This document shows positions 50,209 to 58,174 of a stretch of 64,000 nt of DNA, piece by piece. Within the stretch, counting starts at the first letter, position 1. Each line of letters opens with the position of its first letter. The stretch lies in assembly GCA_038245295.1 (NCBI GenBank), contig JBBRSP010000024.1, positions 20,877-84,876 of the forward strand, read 5' to 3'. This stretch comes from Candidatus Binatia bacterium. GTDB lineage: Bacteria; Desulfobacterota; Binatia; HRBIN30. Below the pieces are notes generated by a model, which saw nothing but the letters and a program-made list of their open reading frames with translations, made no database searches and was not told the origin of the DNA. The position numbers and the translations under genes were made by a program.

Positions 50209-51179
50209 GCGAACATCTCCTGCACGGTGCGCACGATATCGGCGCGCTGCGGCAGCGCCACCGGCTCGAGAGCCGGGCTGAACGGAATCGGCGTATCGGT
50301 TGCACCGATACGCCGGACTGGAGCATCGAGGTATTCGTAGGCATGCTCGGCAATCAGAGCGGCGATCTCGGCGCCGACACCACCCGTACGCGGCCCTTCT
50401 TCGATGCAGACGAGGCGCCCGGTCTTGCGCACCGAATCAACAACTGTGGCGACATCGAGTGGCGCCAGACTGCGCAAGTCAACGACTTCGGCATCGATGC
50501 CCAGCGCAGCCAGTTCCTCCGCCGCGGCCAGAGCCACACCAGTGTAGTACGAGTACGACACCAGGCTGACGTCGCTACCGCGGCGGCGCACGATGGCCCG
50601 ACCGAGCGACAGGCAGTAGTCTCCCTCCGGCACGTCACCAATACTCGCGTACAGGAGCTTGTGCTCGACGAACAACACCGGGTTGTCGTCGCGTATCGCC
50701 GCCGTCAGCAGACCCTTTGCATCGGCCGGCGTCGACGGTGCAACGACCTTGAGACCGGGCACGTGTAGAAACCAGGCTTCGAGACTTTGCGAGTGCGTCG
50801 CCCCATAACAGCGACCGCCGCCCGCCGGCGTACGGATGACCAGCGGCACGCGCGCCTGTGGGCCGTACATGTAGCGAAATTTGGCAGCGTGGTTGGTAAG
50901 CTGGTCCATCGCCAGCGTCAAGAAATCCATGAACATGATTTCGACCACCGGCCGCATGCCGGTGAGCGCCGCGCCGGTTGCCGCGCCGACAATGATGGCT
51001 TCCGAGATCGGTGTGCAACGCACGCGCTCCGGCCCGAACTCGTCGAGCAGCCCGCGTGTTACCCCGAAGGCGCCGCCATAGGCACCAATGTCTTCGCCCA
51101 TCAAGAACACCGTCGAATCTTGGCGCATGGCATCGCGAAGAGTTTCCTGCAGGGCCTGCCAGTAGGTGAGCTCACGCAT
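50196..51179 (-). CDS. 2-oxoacid/acetoin dehydrogenase E1 beta subunit
   Basis: MGEDIG.YGGAF, TPISE, EIMFMDF, ATHSQSLE, DLRSLAPLD. Confidence 0.93.
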   Translation of the reverse strand: MRELTYWQALQETLRDAMRQDSTVFLMGEDIGAYGGAFGVTRGLLDEFGPERVRCTPISEAIIVGAATGAALTGMRPVVEIMFMDFLTLAMDQLTNHAAKFRYMYGPQARVPLVIRTPAGGGRCYGATHSQSLEAWFLHVPGLKVVAPSTPADAKGLLTAAIRDDNPVLFVEHKLLYASIGDVPEGDYCLSLGRAIVRRRGSDVSLVSYSYYTGVALAAAEELAALGIDAEVVDLRSLAPLDVATVVDSVRKTGRLVCIEEGPRTGGVGAEIAALIAEHAYEYLDAPVRRIGATDTPIPFSPALEPVALPQRADIVRTVQEMFACKR

Positions 51180-51203
51180 ACGGACTGTCCCGCTCCGTCG
51201 AGT

Positions 51204-52181
51204 TCATTCCCTCGCCTCCGCAAACACGCCTTCCGTCGCTGCCGAGGGCGGCGGAAACGGGCTTGCTTGCGCAAAGTCGACAGCCGTATCGACAGCGGCG
51301 AGAGCTTGGCGCGCGAGAGCATCCAGCTCGGTGGCCTTATCCAATCCATTCTCGAGCATGGCTTCGCGCAATCGAATGATCGGGTCACGTTGGCGCCACG
51401 CCGCCTCTTCCTCACGCGAGCGGTAGACACGCTGGTCGCTCTTGGAGTGACCGAGAAAGCGATACGTCTTGCACTCGAGGAGCGTCGGCCCGCGGCCGGC
51501 ACGAGCCCGCTCGACGGCGCCTCGCATGGCATCGCGGACGACAACAACGTCCATGCCGTCGACTTGAACTCCGGGCATTCCGTAGCTCGCGGCGCGCTCG
51601 GCGAGCTGCTCGATCGCGCACGCTTGACGCACCGACGTGGACATCGCGTAGCCGTTGTTCTCGCAAACGAAAATCACCGGCAGATGCCAAAGCGCAGCTA
51701 GGTTGAGCGACTCGTGAAAGGTTCCCTGATTGGTCGCGCCGTCCCCGAAGAAAACGGCCACCACCTGGTCGGTACCACGCATCTTCGCCGACAGAGCGGC
51801 GCCGGTGCCGACGGGTATGCCGCCTCCGGTAATGCCGTTCGAACCGAGGTGGCCGACCGCGAAGTCGGCCATGTGCTGCGTGCCGCCCTTGCCGCCACCG
51901 TAACCAGCGATCTTGCCGAAAAGTTCGGCCATCAGCCGGTTGGGATCGCCGCCTTTAGCCAGCAGATGCCCGTGGCCGCGGTGCGTGCTGACCACCCAGT
52001 CGTCGCGCCGTAGAGGAAAGCAGGCGCCGACCGCGACCGCCTCCTGGCCGACGTACGGATGAGTCGTACCGCGGATGCTGCCATCGCTCACCAGCTTGAG
52101 CATGCGTTCTTCGAACGCACGAATGAGGAGCATGAGATGCATCATCTGGCGCCCCTCCGCGGTAGTCAGCGACAGGCTCAT
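51204..52181 (-). CDS. TPP-dependent dehydrogenase E1 alpha subunit
   Basis: GQEAVA, THRGHGH, GDGATNQG...ENN, TYRFLGHS. Confidence 0.93.
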   Translation of the reverse strand: MSLSLTTAEGRQMMHLMLLIRAFEERMLKLVSDGSIRGTTHPYVGQEAVAVGACFPLRRDDWVVSTHRGHGHLLAKGGDPNRLMAELFGKIAGYGGGKGGTQHMADFAVGHLGSNGITGGGIPVGTGAALSAKMRGTDQVVAVFFGDGATNQGTFHESLNLAALWHLPVIFVCENNGYAMSTSVRQACAIEQLAERAASYGMPGVQVDGMDVVVVRDAMRGAVERARAGRGPTLLECKTYRFLGHSKSDQRVYRSREEEAAWRQRDPIIRLREAMLENGLDKATELDALARQALAAVDTAVDFAQASPFPPPSAATEGVFAEARE

Positions 52182-52876
52182 CGCCGCCCCGCCTCGGGAA
52201 TCGTCGACAGTTCTTTCACCACTTCAAAAGCCTCGGCGTAACGCCGGCCCATCTGGAAGCCGCGATGCGCGGCGCGCCCACGGATGGCTTCGAGCCATTC
52301 CCGACCGTACCGCGACAGCTGCGTCTTGTAGGCTTCGAGACACGCCATCTTGGTGTCGATCGTATCGCTGATGTCGACGAACTTCTGGGCGCGGAACGAG
52401 TGGGGGGTGATGCCGCCGGGAATCGTCGCCTCATACATGTAGACCGAGCATAGGTTGCGCCGCGTCGCCGCCAGCACGGCGCGCGACAAGGCTACGTGCT
52501 CGGGATGGCTGTCGCCGAGCCATTGCGTGTAGACGGCGGTCGGGCGCTCGCGGCCGAGAAGCTCGTCGATCACCCCGACGAGATGGGCATTGGGCTGCAG
52601 CGCGTGCCGCGGCATACCCAAGCTCATGAGCTCAGCACCGAGCAAGCGAGCTGCTTCGTTGGCTTCGGCGCGCCGGTGCTCGCGCTGATCATGACAGCGG
52701 TCGTCGCGACCGCCGGGAACTCGAAAGTTCACCATTACTACCCGGTGACCGCGGTGTACGTAGGCGGCTATCGTTCCCCCGGCGCCGATTTCGGCGTCGT
52801 CAGGATGCGCACCGAAGACGATGACTCGCTCCGCACCATTGCCCGGAACAGAGCCGGTTGCTGGCGAGTCATCCAT
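52178..52876 (-). CDS. PIG-L/LmbE family N-acetylglycoside deacetylase
   Basis: AHPDDAE, DSHPEH, FVDIS..K..YKTQ, YAEAF. Confidence 0.9.
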   Translation of the reverse strand: MDDSPATGSVPGNGAERVIVFGAHPDDAEIGAGGTIAAYVHRGHRVVMVNFRVPGGRDDRCHDQREHRRAEANEAARLLGAELMSLGMPRHALQPNAHLVGVIDELLGRERPTAVYTQWLGDSHPEHVALSRAVLAATRRNLCSVYMYEATIPGGITPHSFRAQKFVDISDTIDTKMACLEAYKTQLSRYGREWLEAIRGRAAHRGFQMGRRYAEAFEVVKELSTIPEAGRR

Positions 52877-53140
52877 GAGGCGACCGCAAGCACCGGTTTG
52901 TGCCCAACCTTTTTGTTCTCATCCAACCCTTCGAGGTGCAAACTTCTTACCGTTTGCCTCAAGAACGTCTGCGGAAGGGAATCCGCTTTCGGGATGATCG
53001 AAATCAGAGCTACGATTCCGGTCCGCAGAAAGCATTTGGCTCCATTTCCCAATAGATGCGACCGAACGAGAGGGTCGCGCCGGTGCCGTTCCTAGCCCGT
53101 TCGCATGCGGATTCTTCCGGCGTGGCGAGTCCGGAGGCGG

Positions 53141-53608
53141 CTATCCTGGGAAGTGCCCGAGGTCGCGGAACGCGGCGACCATCCCGCTGTAGTCGCTTGG
53201 CTGCCGCGGGAACTGCAGGCGCTCGGGTGGAGTCTTCACCCAGGATTGTGCGCTCTGCGTCCAGATGTCGCCCACCGGTGTGACCCAGGTGCGATCGTCG
53301 AGTGTCCCGGTGCGTAGGCTGAGGACGCCGTTCGTGGGCTCCTGGCCGTGCGCGATGCGACAGCCGCAGTGGCCGCAGATCCAACCGAATCGCTTGGTGC
53401 CAGAGTCGGCCGACCACTCGACCTTGCGCGGCTCACCCTTGGTGAAGCGAAAGGTGCCTTCGAGAATCGTTGCGGGCGTGGAGAATGCGCCACCGCTGAT
53501 GCGCTGGCAGTTGGTGCAGTGGCAGTTGTAGACCATCATCGGCGGTGCGGTGACTTCGTAGCGCACGGCGCCGCATTGGCAGCCGCCGGCAAGTGGCAGA
53601 GTCGTCAT
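53141..53608 (-). CDS. GFA (CENP-V) family protein
   Basis: GGCQCGAVRY, CHCTNCQR, CGHCG. Confidence 0.92.
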   Translation of the reverse strand: MTTLPLAGGCQCGAVRYEVTAPPMMVYNCHCTNCQRISGGAFSTPATILEGTFRFTKGEPRKVEWSADSGTKRFGWICGHCGCRIAHGQEPTNGVLSLRTGTLDDRTWVTPVGDIWTQSAQSWVKTPPERLQFPRQPSDYSGMVAAFRDLGHFPG

Positions 53609-53768
53609 CCGTAGTCCTCCCGCCCCGCCGCTACCACGCGTGCGAGGTTCGGAGAAGCCAAGATCGAGATTGGCTGGCGCAACGAACGTGCTGACACGTC
53701 CCCTTGCTGCTCCCGCTTGCTGCGCCGCTTAACGAGTTCGTGATCATGAATTAGGCGCGTTCTCGATC

Positions 53769-53900
53769 ATGAAGCCGATTCAGGTATACGTCGACGAGGA
53801 AGAATTTAGGCGCCTCGACGAATGGGCCAGCAAGCGTGGCTGGACGAAGTCGCAGGCTGTGCGCGCCGCGATTCGCGGGCTCGTGCGCGGAACGTCGGCC
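53769..53900 (+). pseudogene. RHH/CopG antitoxin-like fragment
   Basis: MKPIQVYVDEEEFRRLDEWASKRGWTKSQAVRAAI, then reads on antisense into the DUF1902 gene. Confidence 0.5.
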
Positions 53901-53930
53901 TCGCTGCACGTCGGGAGAGTAATCCGCCAC

Positions 53931-54173
53931 TCACGCCACCGCGCGCGGTGCCTCGAGCTTCTCCGCGACAACGCGGAACGCCGCTCGCGCAGCGTCTTGC
54001 GCTGAGAGCACGCCGTTGAGCTCCAACATCTCCGGAACCATTACGCGCAACTTGTCGAGTAGTTTCTCGAACGTCGACGCTTCGGTTACGAGACCGGGGA
54101 CGTCTTCACTTGTGGCGAGCCAGACTGCAGCCTCGTCATCGTATTCGACTTTGACGGTGTACGGCTTACCCAT
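53931..54173 (-). CDS. DUF1902 (HicB-like) protein
   Basis: YDDEAAVWLATSEDVPGLVTEA..PEMLELNG. Confidence 0.88.
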   Translation of the reverse strand: MGKPYTVKVEYDDEAAVWLATSEDVPGLVTEASTFEKLLDKLRVMVPEMLELNGVLSAQDAARAAFRVVAEKLEAPRAVA

Positions 54174-54471
54174 AGGCCACCTACCTTGCCGGCGACATTA
54201 CCGAATTGAGCGGTCCTTGTCTGCCTCTTGCTGCTGGGCCAGCCGTGCGGTCGATTGGCGAGTGCGATGAGATCAATGGCTGGCTGATATGCCGCGTGGC
54301 TCAAACGGCCGCCTACACGCGGGCTTGCTCGATTGCAGAGTCAATGAGGCAGATTCGGCAAGTGGGCGCTCCCGATTGACGTGGGGGAGGCCGAGGTAGG
54401 GACTCCGGGTCATTCGTAGTGCTTCGACGATTCTTGGAAGAACTCTTTTCCCTTCTGGGCAGCGAGGAGGA

Positions 54472-55299
54472 TTACTCCGGATCAAACATCGGCGTCCAAT
54501 TGTCCAGCATGAGTCCGCCGTCGGCGACGATCGCCGCGCCGTTGATGTAGCGCGCGGCCGGTGAGCAGAGGAACAGGGTGACGCCTGCCACTTCGTCGGG
54601 ATCCGCCAGGCGATGCGACGGGATGTCGCGGATGGCGATCGCTTCGTAGTCGCTCTGCTCGGCGTGGGCGAACTCTTCTTCGCGCAAGCCGCGCGTTGCG
54701 ACCGACCCGGGCGCCAGGGCGTTGATGGTGACGCCGCGCCGCGCCCAGAAGTAGGCGAGGGAGCGCGTCATGCTCACGACGCCGGCGCGCGCCGCGCCCG
54801 AGTGCGCGAACACCGGGGCGCCGCGTTCGAACGAGTAGATGTGTACGATGTTCACCACCGAGCCGCTGCGCCGCTCGAGCATGTGTTTGCCGACACGGCT
54901 GCACATGTTCCAGGTGCCGTTGAGATTGAGATCGACCACGGCGCGCCAGCCGCGGTCGCTGATGTCCTGCGGCATGGCCGGGAACTGTCCGCCGGCGTTG
55001 TTGATCAGGCAGTCGATGGCGCCGAATTTGTCGATCGACTGCTGCACTAGCGACTCGACCTGATCAACCTCACGAATGCTCATCGGCACCGCCAGACAGC
55101 CGACGCCAAGTGCTTCGATCTCAGCCTTGGTCGGCTCGAGATTTTCCATGTTGCGGCTGGCGATGACGACGTTGGCCCCGAGCTTGGCGAACCCAAGAGC
55201 GATGGCGCGGCCGATGCCGCGGCCGCCGCCGGTGACCAACGCCGTCTTGCCGGCGAAGAGATGCTCGGAAAAAGTACTGAGTGGATCCAGGTCACTCAC
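54472..55299 (-). CDS. SDR oxidoreductase (peroxisomal 2,4-dienoyl/trans-2-enoyl-CoA reductase-like)
   Basis: TGGGRGIG, NNAGGQF, HSGAARAG. Confidence 0.9.
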   Translation of the reverse strand: MSDLDPLSTFSEHLFAGKTALVTGGGRGIGRAIALGFAKLGANVVIASRNMENLEPTKAEIEALGVGCLAVPMSIREVDQVESLVQQSIDKFGAIDCLINNAGGQFPAMPQDISDRGWRAVVDLNLNGTWNMCSRVGKHMLERRSGSVVNIVHIYSFERGAPVFAHSGAARAGVVSMTRSLAYFWARRGVTINALAPGSVATRGLREEEFAHAEQSDYEAIAIRDIPSHRLADPDEVAGVTLFLCSPAARYINGAAIVADGGLMLDNWTPMFDPE

Positions 55300-55303
55300 A
55301 GCA

Positions 55304-56716
55304 TCACCACGAGGTCGCCCAGTGCGGATGCCACGGCCGCTCTTGCTCAAACGCCCGCGCCGCTTGCAGCACCAGATCGTCGCGATGTCGCGGGCCGACG
55401 ATCTGCATGCCCATCGGCAACTGGTTGCGCGACAGGCCGACGCGCACGGTCGACGCCGGATGCCACGACATGTTGAACGGGATGGTGAAGGCCGCGACCC
55501 CAGCCAATACCTGGGCGCGCCCCTCGGTCTCTTCCGGGAACGGTCCACCCGCCGGCGGCGCGTCGTACGGCACCGTGGGTGTCACCAAGACATCGACCTG
55601 ATCAAACAGCTCGGCACACCAACGATTGAGTTTCTCGCGCTGCCGCGCCGCCACACCCCAATTGTCGGGGCGTACTTCCCAGGCCAGCTTCAACCCTCCG
55701 GCGAAAGCACGACCGAATTCTTTCTCGCGCTCCGGGAAGAACTCGTGCAGGTGCGAAGCAAGCTCGAAGACCCCGGATACAGCCCACTCGCGTCCCAACA
55801 GCGGCGGACCACCCTTGATTGGCACTACCGTGTGGCCGAGTTTCTCGAACACTTTGACGTTCTTTTCGACGGCCGCTGCAATATCCGACTGGACGACGGC
55901 ATACCCGAGGTCAGGGGAATAGCCGACACGCAGCTTACTCGGCAGACCGCGTCGGACCGCTTCAAGATACGAGATCCCTGGATGCGGCAGAGAGTTCGGA
56001 TCGAACGGCGAGGCGCCCACGACCTGGTCCATGAACAGCGCGGCGTCTTCGACCGTCTTCGTCGTCGGTCCGTAGACCGCCGTGTCCTGGAACTCCCAAT
56101 GCTGAAACGGTCCGCGCGGGATGCGGCCGAACGACGGCTTGTGGCCGAAGCATCCGGTGAAACTGGCGGGAATACGAATCGATCCACCACCGTCACTCGA
56201 CGTCACCAGCGACAACACGTTGGCCGCCATGGCGGCCGCCGAGCCGCCGCTCGATCCGCCGGGGGTGTGCGCCAGATTCCACGGCGAGCGCGTGACCCCG
56301 TAAACGAGGTTCTTGGTGATCGCGGTGTAGCCGAACTCCGGGGCGTTCGTTTTGCCGACAACGATGGCGCCGGCGCGGCGCAGGCGTTCGACCTGCGTCG
56401 AGTCTTCCTGCGCCACGTTGTCCTTGAAGATCAGCGAGCCATGCGAGGTGATCAAGCCTTTGGCGTCTTCGAGATCCTTGACGCCGAGCGGCACGCCTTC
56501 GAGCGGACGCGCCTCGCCGCGGGCGATACGCGTCTCCGCCTCTTGGGCTTCGCGGAGCAGTTGATCCCGATCGTACATGGCGACCACGGCATTGAGATCC
56601 GTGTTGGTCTCGTCGATGCGCGCAAACGTCGCCTGCATCAATTCAACCGGTGAAGCCTTCTTGTTGCGCAAGCGCTCGGTGAGCTCGATCAACGTGAGGC
56701 CGAGAAGTTCGTTCAT
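55304..56716 (-). CDS. Amidase signature family protein
   Basis: GVKD, GGSSGGS, SDGGGSIRIPAS. Confidence 0.94.
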   Translation of the reverse strand: MNELLGLTLIELTERLRNKKASPVELMQATFARIDETNTDLNAVVAMYDRDQLLREAQEAETRIARGEARPLEGVPLGVKDLEDAKGLITSHGSLIFKDNVAQEDSTQVERLRRAGAIVVGKTNAPEFGYTAITKNLVYGVTRSPWNLAHTPGGSSGGSAAAMAANVLSLVTSSDGGGSIRIPASFTGCFGHKPSFGRIPRGPFQHWEFQDTAVYGPTTKTVEDAALFMDQVVGASPFDPNSLPHPGISYLEAVRRGLPSKLRVGYSPDLGYAVVQSDIAAAVEKNVKVFEKLGHTVVPIKGGPPLLGREWAVSGVFELASHLHEFFPEREKEFGRAFAGGLKLAWEVRPDNWGVAARQREKLNRWCAELFDQVDVLVTPTVPYDAPPAGGPFPEETEGRAQVLAGVAAFTIPFNMSWHPASTVRVGLSRNQLPMGMQIVGPRHRDDLVLQAARAFEQERPWHPHWATSW

Positions 56717-56785
56717 ACGCAGTCCTCCAAATGATGAAGACTCGTACTATGCGCGTCACCAGCGGAAGGCAACCGCGGCGCCGGA

Positions 56786-56860
56786 GGTAGGCGGAGGTCT
56801 TCAGCCTGCGCCGTGTGGTCCAATGCAGCGCTACGCCGCAAGCTGAAGCTTGCGCCTACC
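56786..56860. repeat. GTAG-type REP doublet
   Basis: ggtaggcggaggtcttcagcctgcg and cgcaagctgaagcttgcgcctacc. Confidence 0.7.
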
Positions 56861-56877
56861 GTCGCGCCAACGCTCCG

Positions 56878-58167
56878 TTACGCTTGATGCGTGCGGCGGA
56901 TCTCGCGCATCAGGGCGATGTTGTCCGAGTGTCCGGTCTTGTGCGCCGTGATCTTGCCCTGCAGCGGTCGACCCAGAAGGTAGGAGTCGCCCATGATGTC
57001 GAGAATCTTGTGGCGCGCCAACTCGTCGGGGAAACGCAGCGTCGTATTCACGACCTTCTCGTCGTCGATGAGGATGAAGTTGTCGAGGCGACCGCCGTTG
57101 GCCAGACCCATCGAAGCCAGCGCCTTCATGTCCTTCAAGAAACCGAACGTGCGGGCCGGAGCGATTTCGTTGCGGAAGGACTGTGGACCGCGATGGTCGT
57201 AGGTGTAGTCCTGCGCCCCGACGGGGCGTGGGTAACGCAATTGATAGGTGATGCTGAATCCGTCGCTCGGCTCGATGGAAATCCACTCGCCGTCAGGATT
57301 GCCGACCAGCAAACGTTCGCGGATGACGATCGGCTCGGAGCGGGCGGCCTGATCTTCCCAACCGGCGCTGTCGAGCAGATCGCAGAAGGCGACCGCCGAG
57401 CCATCCATGATCGGCACTTCGCCCTGCATCTTCACCAGCAAGTTGGTGATGCCGTAGGCGTGACAGGTGGCGAGCAGATGTTCGATCGTCTTCGCCGTGA
57501 CGCCGTTGCGATGCAGGGTCGTGGCGTAGCCGGTCGAGTCGACCCAGGTGATGTCGGCCGGAACGATCTCGTCGGTCGACAAGCCGGTGAACTGGATGCC
57601 GCTGCCGGCGGCGAGCGGTTGCAGGATCAAGCCGGTTTTGACGCCGCTGTGCAGGCCGACGCCGCTCGCGACGACGCTGCGACGGATGGTGCGTTGACAG
57701 CGCGGTGTGCAGCCCGCGATGAGCGCGGGATCGCTGATGGAATCGGTATTCGTGGCCGGGCCGGGTGTATTGTCGCCGAGCGACTCTGTGGCGACGGAGG
57801 CGGGTTTGTGGTCGAGGGCGCGATTGACGACGCGCAAGAACGCGTCGAGGGAGAACGGCTTCTCGATGAAGTCGAAGGCGCCGAGGCGCGTTGCCTTGAC
57901 GGCGGTCTCGATGTTGCCGTGGCCGGAGATCATGATCACCGGCGGCGCCGACGGCTCTTCCTGTAGCTTCTCGAGCAGCTCCAAGCCGTCCATCTCCGGC
58001 ATCCAGATGTCGAGGATTACCAACTGCGGGCGTTCGCGCCGCACTGTCTCGAGCGCGGCGCGGCCGTCTTCGGCTTCGAGTACACGCAGGCCTTCTTCGG
58101 CGAGAATTCCGCGTAGCGAGGTGCGAATCTTTGGCTCATCGTCGACAACCAGAACGGTTTGCATCAT
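56878..58167 (-). CDS. lpxC: Receiver domain fused to UDP-3-O-acyl-N-acetylglucosamine deacetylase (REC-LpxC)
   Basis: REC: VVDDE, LDIWMP, ISGHG, EKPF. LpxC: QRTI..GVGLHSG, TIEHLL, EVPIMDGSA, ARTFGF, RHKILDIMGD, TGH. Confidence 0.92.
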   Translation of the reverse strand: MMQTVLVVDDEPKIRTSLRGILAEEGLRVLEAEDGRAALETVRRERPQLVILDIWMPEMDGLELLEKLQEEPSAPPVIMISGHGNIETAVKATRLGAFDFIEKPFSLDAFLRVVNRALDHKPASVATESLGDNTPGPATNTDSISDPALIAGCTPRCQRTIRRSVVASGVGLHSGVKTGLILQPLAAGSGIQFTGLSTDEIVPADITWVDSTGYATTLHRNGVTAKTIEHLLATCHAYGITNLLVKMQGEVPIMDGSAVAFCDLLDSAGWEDQAARSEPIVIRERLLVGNPDGEWISIEPSDGFSITYQLRYPRPVGAQDYTYDHRGPQSFRNEIAPARTFGFLKDMKALASMGLANGGRLDNFILIDDEKVVNTTLRFPDELARHKILDIMGDSYLLGRPLQGKITAHKTGHSDNIALMREIRRTHQA

Positions 58168-58174
58168 TCCTCCG

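Noticed and set aside
52885..52908. Sigma54-like motif upstream of the PIG-L gene (minus strand GGCAC...TGC)
   Set aside because: GG-GC spacing is 11 nt rather than the required 10
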